Source: Trichosphaerium sp. ATCC 40318 (taxonomy: Eukaryota; Protista; Tubulinea). From it: DNA of 64,000 nucleotides. A model generated the notes under the pieces. The model searched no databases. It saw only the letters and a list, made by a program, of their open reading frames with translations, and had not been told where the DNA came from. The position numbers were made by a program, and so were the translations under genes. The stretch spans positions 1 through 64,000 of the forward strand of contig JALMLS010000474.1 of NCBI GenBank assembly GCA_038496445.1, read 5' to 3'. This document shows positions 1 through 13,560 of this stretch, one piece after another (positions within the stretch are counted from its first letter, which is position 1; each line of letters starts with the position of its first letter).

Positions 1-3000
1 TTTTACAATGATTAATTGTCCAAAAGAGGTCTAATGACGAGTGGATTATACAGACTCATTTTTCGAAGCAATGGGAACAGTTGAAACATATCAAAGCGGA
101 TCCACTTTACTTCATGAATTGCTCGATCGCTATTCAGTAAACTCAAAGGATGTACGTTATTGATTTCTTATTGTTATGAAAAAAGGATGAAGAACAAAAA
201 ACACGTGATTTACGCTATTTTTAGATAAAGAACGAACAAGAAGCTATGCAAATCCTCGGACCTGTATTGAGTCTAGAACCTAAATATGACAGTGCTCTGG
301 CTGGTATGATAGAAGCCACTGAAATTCGTATTACTTACTCCATTCTCATTTTTTTCTTAGGAGGAATCCATGATATTTGTAACAGTACTGTACTACTTCT
401 TTCAAAAGTAGGACAAAGAAACACAGAGTATTTTTCAGGAGGTAACTTTAACACAACCTTACAGTTTTCTAAAACGATTTAAGGCCTGGGGAATGACTTA
501 ACTCAGAAATTTTTATTATTTATGCTCAAGTGTACAGGTAAACCTCTCTCCTCGTAAATAATATAAATTAACGCTATTAGGTCATCCACATCGTCAGGTG
601 AGGAAATAGAACTAAAACGATTGGCAAATCCCTAACATTTGTCGTAGATAGCTGACTTAACATTCGAGTTTTGGACAGCCTTACACAAACGTCATTTGAA
701 AAAAGCTGCTGGGTATAAGCAAGTATACATTCAATTACTTCGTACATTACTGGGAAGTGTTGCCTATCCACCAAACTTCAACGGATGGCAAAGTATGTCA
801 TCAATATTGCAAACACATCGTCTCTTTTAGCTAACTTGTGTTATTAGTTCCAGAGCAGGAAGAATACTTCATACGCTTCCGTAAGTTAATCACCGAGCCT
901 TTGAGGGCTTGTCAGCGTGCTATTGGAGAAGATTATTTTGCATTCTTAGAACAAGCTTTACGTGTACGCAGTACTGTCTTTGAACCGTTGTCTGCTTTGT
1001 TGCATGGTTACCAAGGTTACCAAGCCATCTTCTTTGCTTTTTTTGCGTTTATAGTTTGACAGAGGATATGGTGGATTAATACCTGAGGCTATCCTAGTGC
1101 TAGTTTTCATTACTAAACGATTGTAGGAAGTTACAACATGGCAACAAACTGAAGCTGCATATCTTCTTGCTGTTTCTGTTTCTAAAGATATTCCTGTTAC
1201 TCAAATGAAAGTTGGTTCTTTTGTAGCACATGCATTACAGAGTCCTGGACATCCTCTTCTTCAAAAAACTGCGCTTGACTTGCTTGGTATTCGAGTTTTT
1301 TGATTTTGTTCTTTTTTTTTCATAGCAAGTTACTGACTGTTGTAGCCTCATACTCTGGTTGGTGTCAAAGAAATGGTGCCACGATGGTAAAACAGATTGT
1401 AGATTTCATAATGCCTTGCTTGTTACAGCAACACGTTACAGTACAACGTGAGTTTTTTAAGGATTGTAGTTTTTTTAATAGTCGTGTTAATTTTCTGGTA
1501 GATGCCGCTGCTTTAGCTCTAGCAGCTATTTGTAAATCATGCAAAGATATTCTCGTACAACATATAAACCCTATATTACGACAATATACACAAATAGCAA
1601 ATAGAATTAGGGTACACACTGGGTTCTTTTATTCTTTAGTTTTTACCATTACTGTAAAATGTTTAACGGAGTGTAGAAAAAAGATAGAATCTTGGTCATT
1701 GAAGCATCAATTGTACTAATATATTGCCTTCAATATCAACAAATAGTTTTGGCACTCAAAGCGTTAAATGATCCTTCAGAGAAGCGTATAAAGCAGCTTC
1801 TTAGTATGCCAATGGTAAATTGTATTTTCTGTTCTTCTAACTAACCCTTTTTAAAGAACGATCAAACATGCCAAGCACTTGCAGACGAGTTGGATTGTAT
1901 TGCTGCAGGTTTTGGGTACGCAAGAGATAAGCCATGTGGAGTTATCTACAAACAAACGATTATTATGCTAAGCTCTTTGTAGTGGCAAAAAATTGAACTC
2001 AAAGCATCCTCTTGTTGAAGAACTTCAAAGACTTTGGCCAACACTTCAAGCTGTTCAACTCAAATGGAAAGTTAAACAAGGAGCACCAGTTATTCAGGTA
2101 AGAGAAACTCTTTTCTTTGCTTATGTTTGTAGTGAGAACACCAAGTTAAATTTTAGAAGGTTATTAACATAAAACTTGTCTAGGCGCTTTATGGTTGCTA
2201 TTCGAAGAGCTTGGAAACATGTAGTGGCATGTTTAAGCCTGTTTTGAATCCGCTTGTTAAGGAAACATTGACTTGCTTCAACAGTTATCCTTTCCCGTGT
2301 TGTTTAAATATAATCGCATCAGTAGTCGGTATGTACTTTCTGTTGCAAAATGTTCTACAACTTTTTTTTTTCTTTTTTTTTGACATTAAGTGTCTTAACA
2401 CGTGTTTACCATCTTTTTTTACGACTAGATCGATTTGGAAAATCCAAAGATTTAGCTGGTGCTCTTAATGTATTAATGAAACAGTTGGTTACACATACGC
2501 TACAGCTTATTGGTAATCAAGAAGCCAGTACGAAGCAATCTATTTGTGTTTGAACTTTATTTTTTGTTTATCTTTGAACGTTTAGATATTCTGGCTCACT
2601 CTGAGCTTGTTGAGGCTTATTTCGGGTTACTAAGAACTACCACTAAAGTCTCAGTATCAATTTTAGTAAGTGATCAATCTCAACTCTCACTTGTCAATTC
2701 ATCACTCGAGCTTGCTGTAAAGAGCTTGTACAGCAAAGGTACTAAAAAAAAAAACAAAAAAAAAGAGGAAATCTTTTCGAAGATTTTAAATCTTTGGTGT
2801 ATTCACAAACTAATGCTTGACTTCTTTAGAGCGAGGTGTACTTCAAAAAGTATTAGAATTTTTACAAAAGCTATTTTTTGGTCCACATGTAACAGAAAGA
2901 CCTGAGGTATACATTTTGAAACTTTACTTTTTTTCTTTTCTTCTTTAGCTGTTTTGTTGACATGATATTTGCTATAATGATTATTAAACTAACACTATTG

Positions 3001-3553
3001 ATAGTGGGGAGGTTATATTACCTCAGTTTTGACAAGTGCAGGCGAGACGCTTATCAATGCACTCATAAATGTAAGGTTTTATCTTAAAGCTTCGTTTTTT
3101 GTTGTTTTCTCACCTTGGTTATAGATAACTGTAAATTGTGGTATCAAAGACTTAGTAGGAACACAATCGAGTCTTCTATTCACACTTAGTAAGCAACACA
3201 GTCTTCTGTAAAGGAGAACTTTTTTTGATTATTTTTTCTTCATTGTTTTAAAGATTTTCCGTTCACGTATTGATCCAACTCTTTACTTGTTTGCTTCTTT
3301 GATATTTTAATGATTATTTTCATTATTCTTATGTACTTCTCTTCCTTTAGTTCAAAGGCACGGGGCACTACTACAACCTGCTTTACATAATGCAATTGGA
3401 CGCCTTGAATTTAAACCAAAAGATAAACAAAACATTATGCAAGTATTTCTGACACTTAATACACCTCAACGTTTCCGTGCATTTATGAAAGATTTTACTG
3501 ATGTATGTAATGGTATGATGACTATAGATGCTATTGTTGGGTATTTAATGTAA
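1..3553 (+). CDS. Importin-beta family karyopherin (importin-13/transportin-3/Mtr10-like), 3' part, multi-exon
   Basis: About 15 GT-AG introns join helical HEAT-like exons (EEYFIRFRKLITEPLRAC, ILAHSELVEAYFGLLRTT). The C-terminus RFRAFMKDFTDVCNG resembles IPO13/TNPO3 ends. TAA at 3551-3553; the start is upstream of the window. Confidence 0.65.
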
Positions 3554-4962
3554 TAAAACTAACAAATGAGGACCAATAAGCCAGCATAGTTTTTCTACAG
3601 CTTTTTTTATTTGCTTTGTAAAAACAGTCACGTGACATTGTATATTACCCAGAAAGACCTGATACTAGCCAGGAGTCCAAACTGGAGTTAAACCTTAATG
3701 ATTTTATGGAGATAAATGTAGGATAGTATGATATTAAGTTGTGCTTAAGCGAGTTGTGTAGGTAACGATGATATTATGTTCTTTGTGTAGGAATTTGCTG
3801 TCTTTGTGTTGCTGCACAACGCAGAGGGGCAGTATTTTTTTAAATTGGAGTGAAAGTGTCTTGATTAGGAAATTGTCTTTATGTCTATTTATGCCCTTGT
3901 CTTTACTTTGAGCTAACTGTTGCCAAGCAGAGCTTTCTAGAGATAATAACATTGTATTCCTCTACCTTGCTGCTTTTAAGAGCTCAAAATAAATTTGGTT
4001 TTTTTTATGAAAATCTGTTTTGTACACCAAACGTGTTACTTACTAACCTGCGACCCCTTTGCTACAAACACGCAAATATTTACCGTATATTACCGCTGTT
4101 TGATTGATTGTTGACATTGATCCGTAGGTGCCAAGTTACAGATAAACAAAGATTGACAATTTATGCTTAATTCCGCCAAAAAGTATCTCGCACTAGGTAT
4201 TCAAGCGCACTTTGGCGCTAGAAGTAGAGACGACTTCCGCCTTCAGGCTTTTGGCCGTGACCCTCTTGGAATATCGCACAAAGACCTATGTCGCCTCTGA
4301 GTAAGGGACTGTGTTACATGCTTTGAATTTGCAAACGTACTAGCGTGATGTATGATGATATGTTGAATTTAATGAAGAGACATGTTTCGTTGTTGCTGCG
4401 TTCCGTTGTAATATGGAAGCTGAACAATATATGATGCTACAAGAATCAGTAGTGTAGGTGCTGCAGAGGGATCTTTGTTGTTTTTTTGTTGCACGTTATA
4501 AATACTCGTGCAAAAGACTCAAAGGTCATTGGTGTTTTTTTTTTGATAAATTGTTGCGAAAACACGTGAATACAATATATTTTTTGTTGGTTTGTTCAAC
4601 TGCAAAACGTATAGGAACACCTGTAAGCAAGGCGCTTTTATGTATTGTTTTTTGAAAAATATTACACGTGATAGTTTCGTGCAATGTGTCTACTAAAACT
4701 TATTGAAATCAGACTAAAATAGCAATAGTGCTTAGGGATGTTAAAACAAGCGGTACAACCTAGAACTAAACCAAAACGGTTGCAACAGCTTGAAACAACT
4801 TTCGTAGTAAATATTTATGTGCTATAATTTGTACTTTTTGTATTACAGTGTTATGGCCATAGTGCTACAGAAAAAGAAATAGCCTTGGTACAGTATTTGT
4901 TGCAAAGTACTGTTCTTTGGTTGTTAGTAGACCGTCAGACAGATACTGTAATTGTTAAAAAG

Positions 4963-6243
4963 TTAGATACTTTCATGCAATTTGATGCCTCTCCTTTTCA
5001 AAGCCTTTTTAACTGTTGCAGATTTTATACTGTGGTATAATTCTTTTAAAGCAACCAGTTTAAGTGTACCTTCGCCATTTATATTTGCACATCCTTCAAT
5101 GCTAAGCTGTTTCACACAAACAAGAGATGTAATACCAACATCCGTTATAGATGAACCTGAGATATCAATTACTGTTGCACTACCCAACCCTTTGAGTGCC
5201 TCATCTGTTATGCTTGTCTCTGCTAAATCAATGGTATGTACACCAGCTAATGCTTTGACACCTTCATCTGTTATAAGTTTACAATCCCACAACAGTATAG
5301 TGTGCACGCCTGCCAATGCCTTTAAGCCTTCATCTGTTACGCGTGTGGTTGTTAAATCAATCTCATGAACACCAGCAAAAGCTTTGATACCTTCATCTGT
5401 CACACTGGTGCTTGTTAAATTGATTGTGTGAACTCCAGCCAAAGCTTTTACACCTTCATCTGTTATTTTCTTACAACTCCATAACACAATAGTGTGTACA
5501 CCTGCTAATGACTTCAATCCTTCGTCTGTAATGTCAGTAAATGCAGCAGAGACTTTATGGACACCAGACAAAGCCCTGAATCCTTTATCAGTTATACCTC
5601 TACAATGCCTCAAGTTGATGGTGTGTACACCACCAACTTTCAAAGCCTCAAGACCGTTACTTGTTATAGCATTACAACACTTCAAGTTGATGGTGTGCAC
5701 TCCAGAAATCGCCTTCAAGCCTGCATCCGTCACATTTGGGTTGTAACTTAAATCAATCTCATGAACTCCAGACAAAGCTGAGATACCATCATCACCCACT
5801 TTCGTTTCTGATAGATAAATTGTATGTACACCAGCCAATGCCTTGATGCCTTCATTACTCACATTTGTATCTTGTAAATCGATTGATTGTACGCCTTTTA
5901 ATTGTTTTATGCCCTCGTCTGTTATTCCTTTACATTTTGAGAGCTTTATTGTCTTAACACCTTTAAGTAGCTTCAAATGATCATCATTTACAATTTCTGA
6001 GATTAAGGATAATGAGATAGTCGTATTCTGAAGTAAAGGGCTTCCAGAAAGCAACGAAATCTGGTTTTCGCTTGTAACATTGATTTGTTTGTATCCAATA
6101 TGATTATGTACGATATTATGAATAAAATGACACGTTTGAGCCGATTGTAGTGTAAAAGAGCCACATTGAAGAATATGAACTATTATTTCAACTGGCATCG
6201 CCAACAGGTTAGGTAGCTGCTGGTTTGAGTCATTAATGTTCAT
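4963..6243 (-). CDS. F-box-like + leucine-rich-repeat protein (intronless)
   Basis: 426-aa ORF with N-terminal LLAMPVEIIVHILQ (F-box-like) and about 14 21-22-aa repeats of the type LAGVHTIxLxxxx(I/V)TDEG(L/V)K. Confidence 0.85.
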   Translation of the reverse strand: MNINDSNQQLPNLLAMPVEIIVHILQCGSFTLQSAQTCHFIHNIVHNHIGYKQINVTSENQISLLSGSPLLQNTTISLSLISEIVNDDHLKLLKGVKTIKLSKCKGITDEGIKQLKGVQSIDLQDTNVSNEGIKALAGVHTIYLSETKVGDDGISALSGVHEIDLSYNPNVTDAGLKAISGVHTINLKCCNAITSNGLEALKVGGVHTINLRHCRGITDKGFRALSGVHKVSAAFTDITDEGLKSLAGVHTIVLWSCKKITDEGVKALAGVHTINLTSTSVTDEGIKAFAGVHEIDLTTTRVTDEGLKALAGVHTILLWDCKLITDEGVKALAGVHTIDLAETSITDEALKGLGSATVIDISGSSITDVGITSLVCVKQLSIEGCANINGEGTLKLVALKELYHSIKSATVKKALKRRGIKLHESI

Positions 6244-7114
6244 TTTTTGCTTGCGTGGCTTGGTTTGTTGGAGTTGAATTTCTTTGAAATAGTTACAATT
6301 ATTTCGACTTTTACAAAAAAAATAGGATGTTAGTTTTCAGAATTTTGTGTAGGCTTGTATAATGACTTTATGTCTTTGTTTACACGTAACTGCTAGGTTC
6401 GTTGTTGAGCACAAACATGAAGTTTTATGTTAGTTTACATATAAGCATACTTGTTATATACACCATTAACATACTGTTTACAATCACGTAATTGTCCTGT
6501 TGAGCTCCAAATCATGTAATCTCCTTCTTTTTTACCATCGACAAATTCACATTGCAACTGGCCAATGCTATACCACTCTTACTCTCCATGTACTCTATCA
6601 TTAAATACACAATCAGTCACAAACAGAAGAGCCACCGATTAATATGTATTTCACTACGTGTCATTGATGGCATGTGCCAGTACGTCGTTTTTCAAACATC
6701 TCAAAGCCCAACTCTTTCCCTTTTGTCACATTTTACATCTCCCTTCTAATGTATTTAAAGATGTCAGACGTTGTTTCAGTACTTCAGATGGCAGTGATAT
6801 ACCATGTGAAACATACAAGTGGTGTTGTTATTTTAAAACACTGGCCCCACCTTCAGGATCCTATAGAGTAACTTACAGGGACACGAATGTTGTTGAAATG
6901 TGTAAATATAATCAATAGGGGCAATAAAAACAAAGATATTATGCTTTCGAGTTTAGTGACTAAGTGCCTTCAAGAGTATCCTATACTCGTACATTGTACA
7001 AGTTACTTGAAAGAATATTGTTTTATTTTTGCAATCGCAATAAGAGCGTTATTAGCATAGAACAATTTGACCAAGGAGGGAATATCAAGCTACATTTGAC
7101 GAAATACTATGCTT

Positions 7115-9067
7115 TTAAAGAGTGTTGTTCTTCTTTGCTTTCATGAATTTAATACGTTCCCTCAAACTGAATCCAAGATCTATCAGCACATCTTTATCAA
7201 TTTCATCAATTGTTGCACCTGCATCGTTCATCAATTCTCCAAGTTCTTGAGCTCTTTGATTTGCGATACCCAACCTCGTCAATATTGACTTCCAATCAGT
7301 TTCAACATTTAGAACTGATTGATTCTCGTGTGGTACACCGAAATGTGACTAAACAAACGTTATTAATAACAATTATTTTATAACAAGAAAGAAGTAAAGT
7401 GTAGAGATATGTACCTTGTTGGCGTTGACAGAAACATTTGGTTTATTTAGCCATGATTGTTGATTTAAAGCGCTCATATTATCCAACGACAAAGAGCTGA
7501 TTCTGGGGTCATCTTCATCAAGCGTTGTACTATGACTGTCTAGCAATAAAACGTTGTTGACAATGTCATCTTGTGGATTATCATCTGATTCGTCACACTA
7601 GAATAATGATCAGTTGTCACGTGCATTGTTAGTTGTAAAGACGTACTTTAAAATGTTGTAATTGCTTTTGTATTTCAAGGGCTTCAAGGGCATCTTGAAT
7701 CATATCTAGATGTTCGGGAGCTTCTCCGAATTTGGTGTAATCACGTTTGGGATCAATCACAGCTTTTGATAAGTACATATCTTTTGGATCTTCTTTCAAC
7801 TTTGCTTTCATTGCTTTCATATCGCTTGTAGCATCATTGCTTCTGGCTCCGGTGCTTTGCTAGATTGTGGTTATTCAAAAATTATGTTTGGTTTTGTTTT
7901 GAAATACCTCTAAACTTGTTACTTTCGCTTGGTTTGGTGGAAGAGTTGAGGTATATTTAATACGCTAAAAAAGTTTAGCAAACAAAAAGCTCACTAAAAA
8001 ATACAGCAAAATAAAATTACCAGTTGGCGATTACTAAATGTCAATTTTTGTGGTCCTGATTCACCATAATTGTTAGAGCCACCTGTGACCAATCTACAAT
8101 CATGAGATATTGCCAAGGAATGAAATCGTATATGGGCAAACTCAAGATATTTTCCAGGTAATTTTAATGGTTTGTTTGATTTGAACGAATCAATCCATTT
8201 CCCATCACCCCATCCAAACAAACAACCTTCATCATCAATAGCGAATGATGAATAATAACCAGCATGTACAGATATGATGTTATTGAGTCCTTTGACGATA
8301 CCATGGCCATACTTGCAATCAATACCCAACCCAAGACGCCCATGCGAGTTGAGTCCGAAAGAACTTACTTGTCCTGAATTGAGGAGAACAAGCACATGCT
8401 CGACACCAATGGCAATATCAATGGCATCTGAGATGCTTGAAACACGTGAAATTGTCTTTCGTTTCAAGAATAATGATTTATCTCTTGCGTCGTCGCATGT
8501 TGTTCCCCAAAGAAAGATATGACCTGTTGATGTCATTACTCCACTTATATGTCTATTAGTTTGAATTTTCTTGACATGATCTAGACCTGGAATACGTTTT
8601 GGTGAGTTTACTTTCTTTTTGTCGAATGAATGACCCAATCCATCTTGTTCATTACATCCCCAAGAGTAGACATGACCCGATTGTAATAATGCCATACTCA
8701 CCCAAAAGGCAGAGACTTTCGTGATATTGTTGAGATTTGGAACACGTGTTGGTGACGAAACAGGTGACGCAAAGTGACCCAGACCCAATTGACCTTCTGA
8801 ATTACGCCCCCATGCATACACAATACCGTTTGAATCAAGTGCAAGGCTATGAAGGGATCCAGCAGCAATACAGACGATATTTACGAGTGACTTTATTGGT
8901 CTTGCGATAGAACTCTTTTTCTCGTCTGTGTTACCCAATTGGCGGTTATCGTTTCGTCCCCATGTGTAAACGAAGCCATCGTCTGCGATTACGATAGAAT
9001 GGTTGTAACCAGTGGCCAAACGGTTAACGTATTGTAAATTAACCGACGATGTTTGAGGTTCTGCCAT
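7115..9067 (-). CDS. RCC1/BLIP-II-type beta-propeller + linker + C-terminal SAM-like domain (paralogue 1)
   Basis: Long first exon with RCC1 repeats (AAGSLHSLALDSNGIVYAWGRNSEGQLGLG). Short introns lead to a last exon DWKSILTRLGIANQRAQELGELMNDAGATIDEIDKDVLIDLGFSLRERIKFMK; stop at 7115-7117. Confidence 0.85.
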
Positions 9068-9135
9068 ACTTGTATTACGTTGAAATACAGATCAATTCAA
9101 AGCAAGTCTGTTTTTTCGGCACACGTGACTTGTAG

Positions 9136-9308
9136 TACACCGTTTACACCAATGGGAATACTATTATCTGCAGGGGCTCTTTCCGCTATTTTCTAACTTT
9201 TAACACCAACAGAGGACTAGTAGCTCAATTAACGGCTCAGCCCAAAGTGACTTTACACATGAAAACAACTCGGAAACAACCTAAGTAATACTTCTGTCAA
9301 ACGGTGTA
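9136..9308. mobile_element. Putative MITE with TA-flanked terminal inverted repeats
   Basis: GTACACCGTTT (9135-9145) and AAACGGTGTAC (9299-9309) form a perfect 11-bp inverted repeat reading TA|CACCGTTT...AAACGGTG|TA around a non-coding interior. Confidence 0.45.
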
Positions 9309-9336
9309 CATGTATTACACTAAGGGTGTACTAAAA

Positions 9337-9529
9337 TGTCGAAAAAAAAGTCGAAAAAATGTCAAAGTGATTGAACTGTTCACCACAAAGGGAGACAACT
9401 GGGTTATGGCACTCAGTCGCCGCTAGGCTCTGCCCTCCCAAATCCCCCCTGAAAGGGGGGCTTTCTAAATAGTTCCTATGACATAATATAGGATAATTAG
9501 TGTGCTGAATTTTCGACTTTTTTTTGACA
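9337..9529. repeat. About 20-bp inverted repeat enclosing a GC-rich hairpin
   Basis: TGTCGAAAAAAAAGTCGAAAA (9337-9357) versus TTTTCGACTTTTTTTTGACA (9510-9529); internal CCCCCCT-GAA-AGGGGGG hairpin at 9444-9460. Confidence 0.55.
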
Positions 9530-10062
9530 AAGTTCTACATATTTGGGTTTCCCACACTACACTAAGCACTTTTTAACAGTGGTGTATTAATGGTAATACA
9601 TTAACTGAGAAACCTATGTTCAACTACGCAATGTCTTACTGAATGATTTGTTGTGGGCATTCAAAGAATGAAAAACGCTCTCATGCATGTAAAAAGAATG
9701 AGAAGCAGGCTGTTGGACGTTTCTACGCGTAGGTATGAAAGTATACTATTTCAATTCACTGTACTTACGCCTACAAGATAAGGAGAAATATTTAATTCAC
9801 GGTGGGAAAGTTAGCGTGCTACAGTACCGCCAGCGAGGCAGAAACAAGAAACCGATTATTATGGAGCTTTGTGGCGAAAAACTACAAAACTGCTCTTCTG
9901 TTAGGAAAGAGCTTTGAGCACCAGTTAGTAAGACAGTAGTGACACTAGAGGAGTTAGATTCAAAGTTATTGTTAGCCAAAGGAATTTTGGCGAATTTTTT
10001 TCCGTTTGAGAAATTTCAGCAATTTTTACCGTTTGTTGCGCTTTATAAGCAACAGTAAACCC

Positions 10063-13006
10063 ATGATGTATCATCTACGCAATGCTTTGGTATTTTGCGT
10101 ATTTTTAGCCTTATTGCTGGGTACTCACGCTTCTGTTTATTGTTGTTTGTTGTTAACGCTTATTAGTCGCTAATGGAGCAACTCCAAACGTGTTTTTTAA
10201 TATTACAGCGTTTGGGGATATGCCTGGGCAGAACGCGGTTCATACGGTTCCAAGCGTATCTCTAGGCACATTGAACTTCCAACAGCTATACGTACTGACT
10301 TTTGAGACAAGTAAGTGATTACAGAAACCAAACTGCGTTTTATTGCTCTTTCTCGCTTTGTCACGTACTCACTACACCTCCTAGCTGTCAACCCTACTGA
10401 AGTGTTCATGGGATCTTCTTTCTTTATTACAGAGCTTTCTGGTACGTTAACAGAGCACTGCAGCAATCACATACCTTTGCTGACGTATTGGCGACTGTTA
10501 TAGGTTTACTAGCTGAATCTAGCACTTATGGAGGTATGTTCATAAGATACGCCACGGATATGGTTATTCCCGAGTTTGATGGTGATGAATTTCCTGTTTT
10601 TTACTACTCAACATTATCATCAAAGTGGACATACCAATTTGCATACTTTGATTCAACTGTGCGTGCTTTTAAACGTTTTTATGTGTTTTTTTTTTTTTTT
10701 GAAACGAACTTGTGGTTGCATTCTCGGATGCTTGTTATTGGGTTCCGTCTAACTTTATGTTTGTGATAGATGTTGCAATTAAATACTACAAAGTACGAGT
10801 TTGATTTCACAACTAGTGCAGGAAAATTCAATGCATTTCAAGGCACGTGATTTTCATTAAAAAGACCCCAAAAACTGTTAAAACTTTGAGACTCATTGGA
10901 TACTCAATAGATGGTGATGGCTTTCTTGTGTATGTACTCACTGCCAGTACAAGTGTTTTGTATTCTGTTCCGATGCATCAACCACCTGTCCAGACATTTA
11001 ATGGTAACACTATTGATCCTGTTTTATTCTCAATCTGTGACTTTAGTGAGTGAAACCAATTTTCCTTCACAAGTGTCCTCCCTTGTACAAGTTGAACCAG
11101 GGTGCTTCGTTCAAGCAACATTCCCCGATACTAATGACCTCACCATGCACTTCTATACAAACAACTCCAGAGTACGATTGTAAACCGCATTTTTTGTTGA
11201 AGATAGTTCTGAACAGTTATTAATTGGATATTTTCGTTTAGCCATTCTCAGAAGCAGCATCAACATCTGGAGAGCCATTGCCTGGACTTGATATAGCTTT
11301 CAACAGTGAAACAAATCGTATATACACTGTTGTTAATACTAGTCCTGATAATACAGAAGAAATACAATCATACACATGTTTGAGTGACTTTAATACTGAA
11401 TCTATTGGAATGGTATCTACAGAGTTGATTAATCGCAAAGTTGTAGATGTAGGAAATTCAGCAGATTCACAATTTGTTCATATCGGGGAATTCGATACCG
11501 ATGGTATCCTTGTCTTTAGGAAAACGGATATTGATAAACCAACAATTACTGTTGGGACAAAGGTGATTACCAGAGTTGACGCTGTATTTAGTACAGATGA
11601 ATGTCGATTGATTGTTATTGTTGAAGATGATTCAACTACTGTAAACATGGCTGTTATTGATGCATCCTCTGGTATTTTCACTTGTACTTGTACGTACTTT
11701 GTTTAGACATGTACTTGATTCATTTTATCTAATGTTTTGTTTACAGTACCACCTACAACAGCTCCACCGACAACAGAAGCGCCTACGGCTCCGCCGACCA
11801 CAGCTGCACCAACCACAGCTCCACCAACCACAACTCCACCAACCACAGCTGCACCAACCACAGCTCCACCAACTACAGCTCCACCAACCACAACTCCACC
11901 AACCACAACTCCACCAACTACAACTCCACCAACAACAGCTTCACCAACAACTGAAGTACCTACTTTTCAAGAACCTACTACTGCTCCTCCACCAACATTT
12001 GCACCATCGTGCTCATCAGAAGCTAATGTACGTTACTCAAATTTATAAGGATAGGATGACTCATGCTAACATTCTTGTTTTTCCTAGATTCAACCACGAT
12101 TGGATTGTGTCATAATGAATGGACCAAGTAATTACACAGCTATTCTTGGATGGGATACTACTGTACGTTACCATGTTAAACAAGTGTACCGCTTACCAAG
12201 AGGTAGTTGTTGTCAGTTGAAATCTGTTATGGATCAAATAATATGATTACACCAACACCTTCAGATATATCAATTGTACCTATATTGTTTGAAGGAAGTG
12301 CAGCATTCTTTCCTTCAACAGAACCTCTCAGGTATAATTTCGATGGTCAAGCTTCATCTTGGACACTAGGTACTGGTGTCGTATCTTTCTCAAGTGATAG
12401 TCCAGTGTGTGACACAGATGGTGCGGATCAGAGCTAAGAGACACGCAATCCTTTTGATGTTTTGTATTTAGAGGTTACAATTGATTTTAAGCTAAATGAA
12501 CCGTTCCCTATTCCTGATAATACTCTATCAGAGATAGGAAACGAAATTGCCCAATCGTTGAATATTAGTGCTAGTAACCTTACCGTTAGTCAGAAACCTA
12601 CACCAGGTTCTAAGAGACAAACAAGTACAACTGTTTCTGTAACTATTGCAGGTTAGTTCTTTTTGTTTTTGAAGTTGAAGTCTTATTGACTTTCGTATTA
12701 GGAGGTACTGATAACAGTGCTGCAACTACTGTTGCTACATTTTTGGAAGATGAAACAGCTGTACAAAATGCAATAGACTCACTTGCAACAAACTTAAATG
12801 TGCAGGTTTCTGTACGTATTTGAATGTTGTTTTAGCACTGCCTTACAATTGACTAACTTTTTTTTTCAATATAGGCTGTTACTATTGCTGAACCTCCTAC
12901 TGTCACACGTGCTATTGATACTGATGCTGATGCACCAAGTGCATCTTATAGATTACAATTTCCTTTCATGCTTGCTTTAGTTATCATATTGTATAGCTTC
13001 GCTTGA
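10063..13006 (+). CDS. Secreted/surface glycoprotein with Pro/Thr mucin-like stalk and hydrophobic C-terminus (GPI/TM anchor)
   Basis: Signal peptide MMYHLRNALVFCVFLALLL, beta-rich exons, PPTTA repeats and terminal FPFMLALVIILYSFA*. Multiple introns, including one GC-AG. Confidence 0.7.
11750..11951 (+). repeat. 15-bp coding tandem repeat (PPTTA/PPTTT)
   Basis: About 13 units of CCACCAACCACA(G/A)CT. Confidence 0.9.
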
Positions 13007-13560
13007 TTTGTTAAAACATACATAAATAAAGAGCAAACTACAATGTTATTAACTATAACTTGTAATATGCCAAGTTCCAACAATAATGACTCTGTGGGAT
13101 TGAACAAATCTAATTTATTGATAGTTGTGTTTACAGCTTCTGGCTTTGTATTTCTATGTTATTTGTTTCTTCCAAGGTGTTTTATTGACAAGAATGAGAG
13201 TTGCTGAGGCTTTATACAAAAGAGTGACTACATCAATTAACTTTTAAACTTTGTCCTTTGATGCTAAGTTATGACCACCTGCAACCATTGTTTAGAACCT
13301 AATGCTTGTATTCTCCTTCTAGGTTAACATTCATACCTTTGTATTCTTGTTCTTATTTATCATTACATAATAACATGCTCTTCGGTATGACAAAAGGATA
13401 ACAACGGAGCATAAATATTGGTGAAAATGGCTACTTGAATCAAAAGATAGCGTTTTATTGACGTAAGAAGAACGGCCGTGAATAAACTCAAGAAAAACTG
13501 TTAATACTGTCCCCAGAATTATTTATTATCACTCTTGGTAATTGTTAATTAACAAATCAA

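Noticed and set aside
4162-4300. 45-codon ORF with HFGARSRDDFR, faintly like a tyrosine-recombinase motif
   Set aside because: Too short, with no other catalytic motifs nearby.
4982-5746. Long antisense ORFs over the LRR genes (also 26339-27298 and 41819-42301)
   Set aside because: Shadows of repetitive codon usage on the coding strand; no independent features.
11657-12115. Gln/His-rich and Gly/Val-rich ORFs
   Set aside because: Alternative frames of the 15-bp PPTTA repeat.
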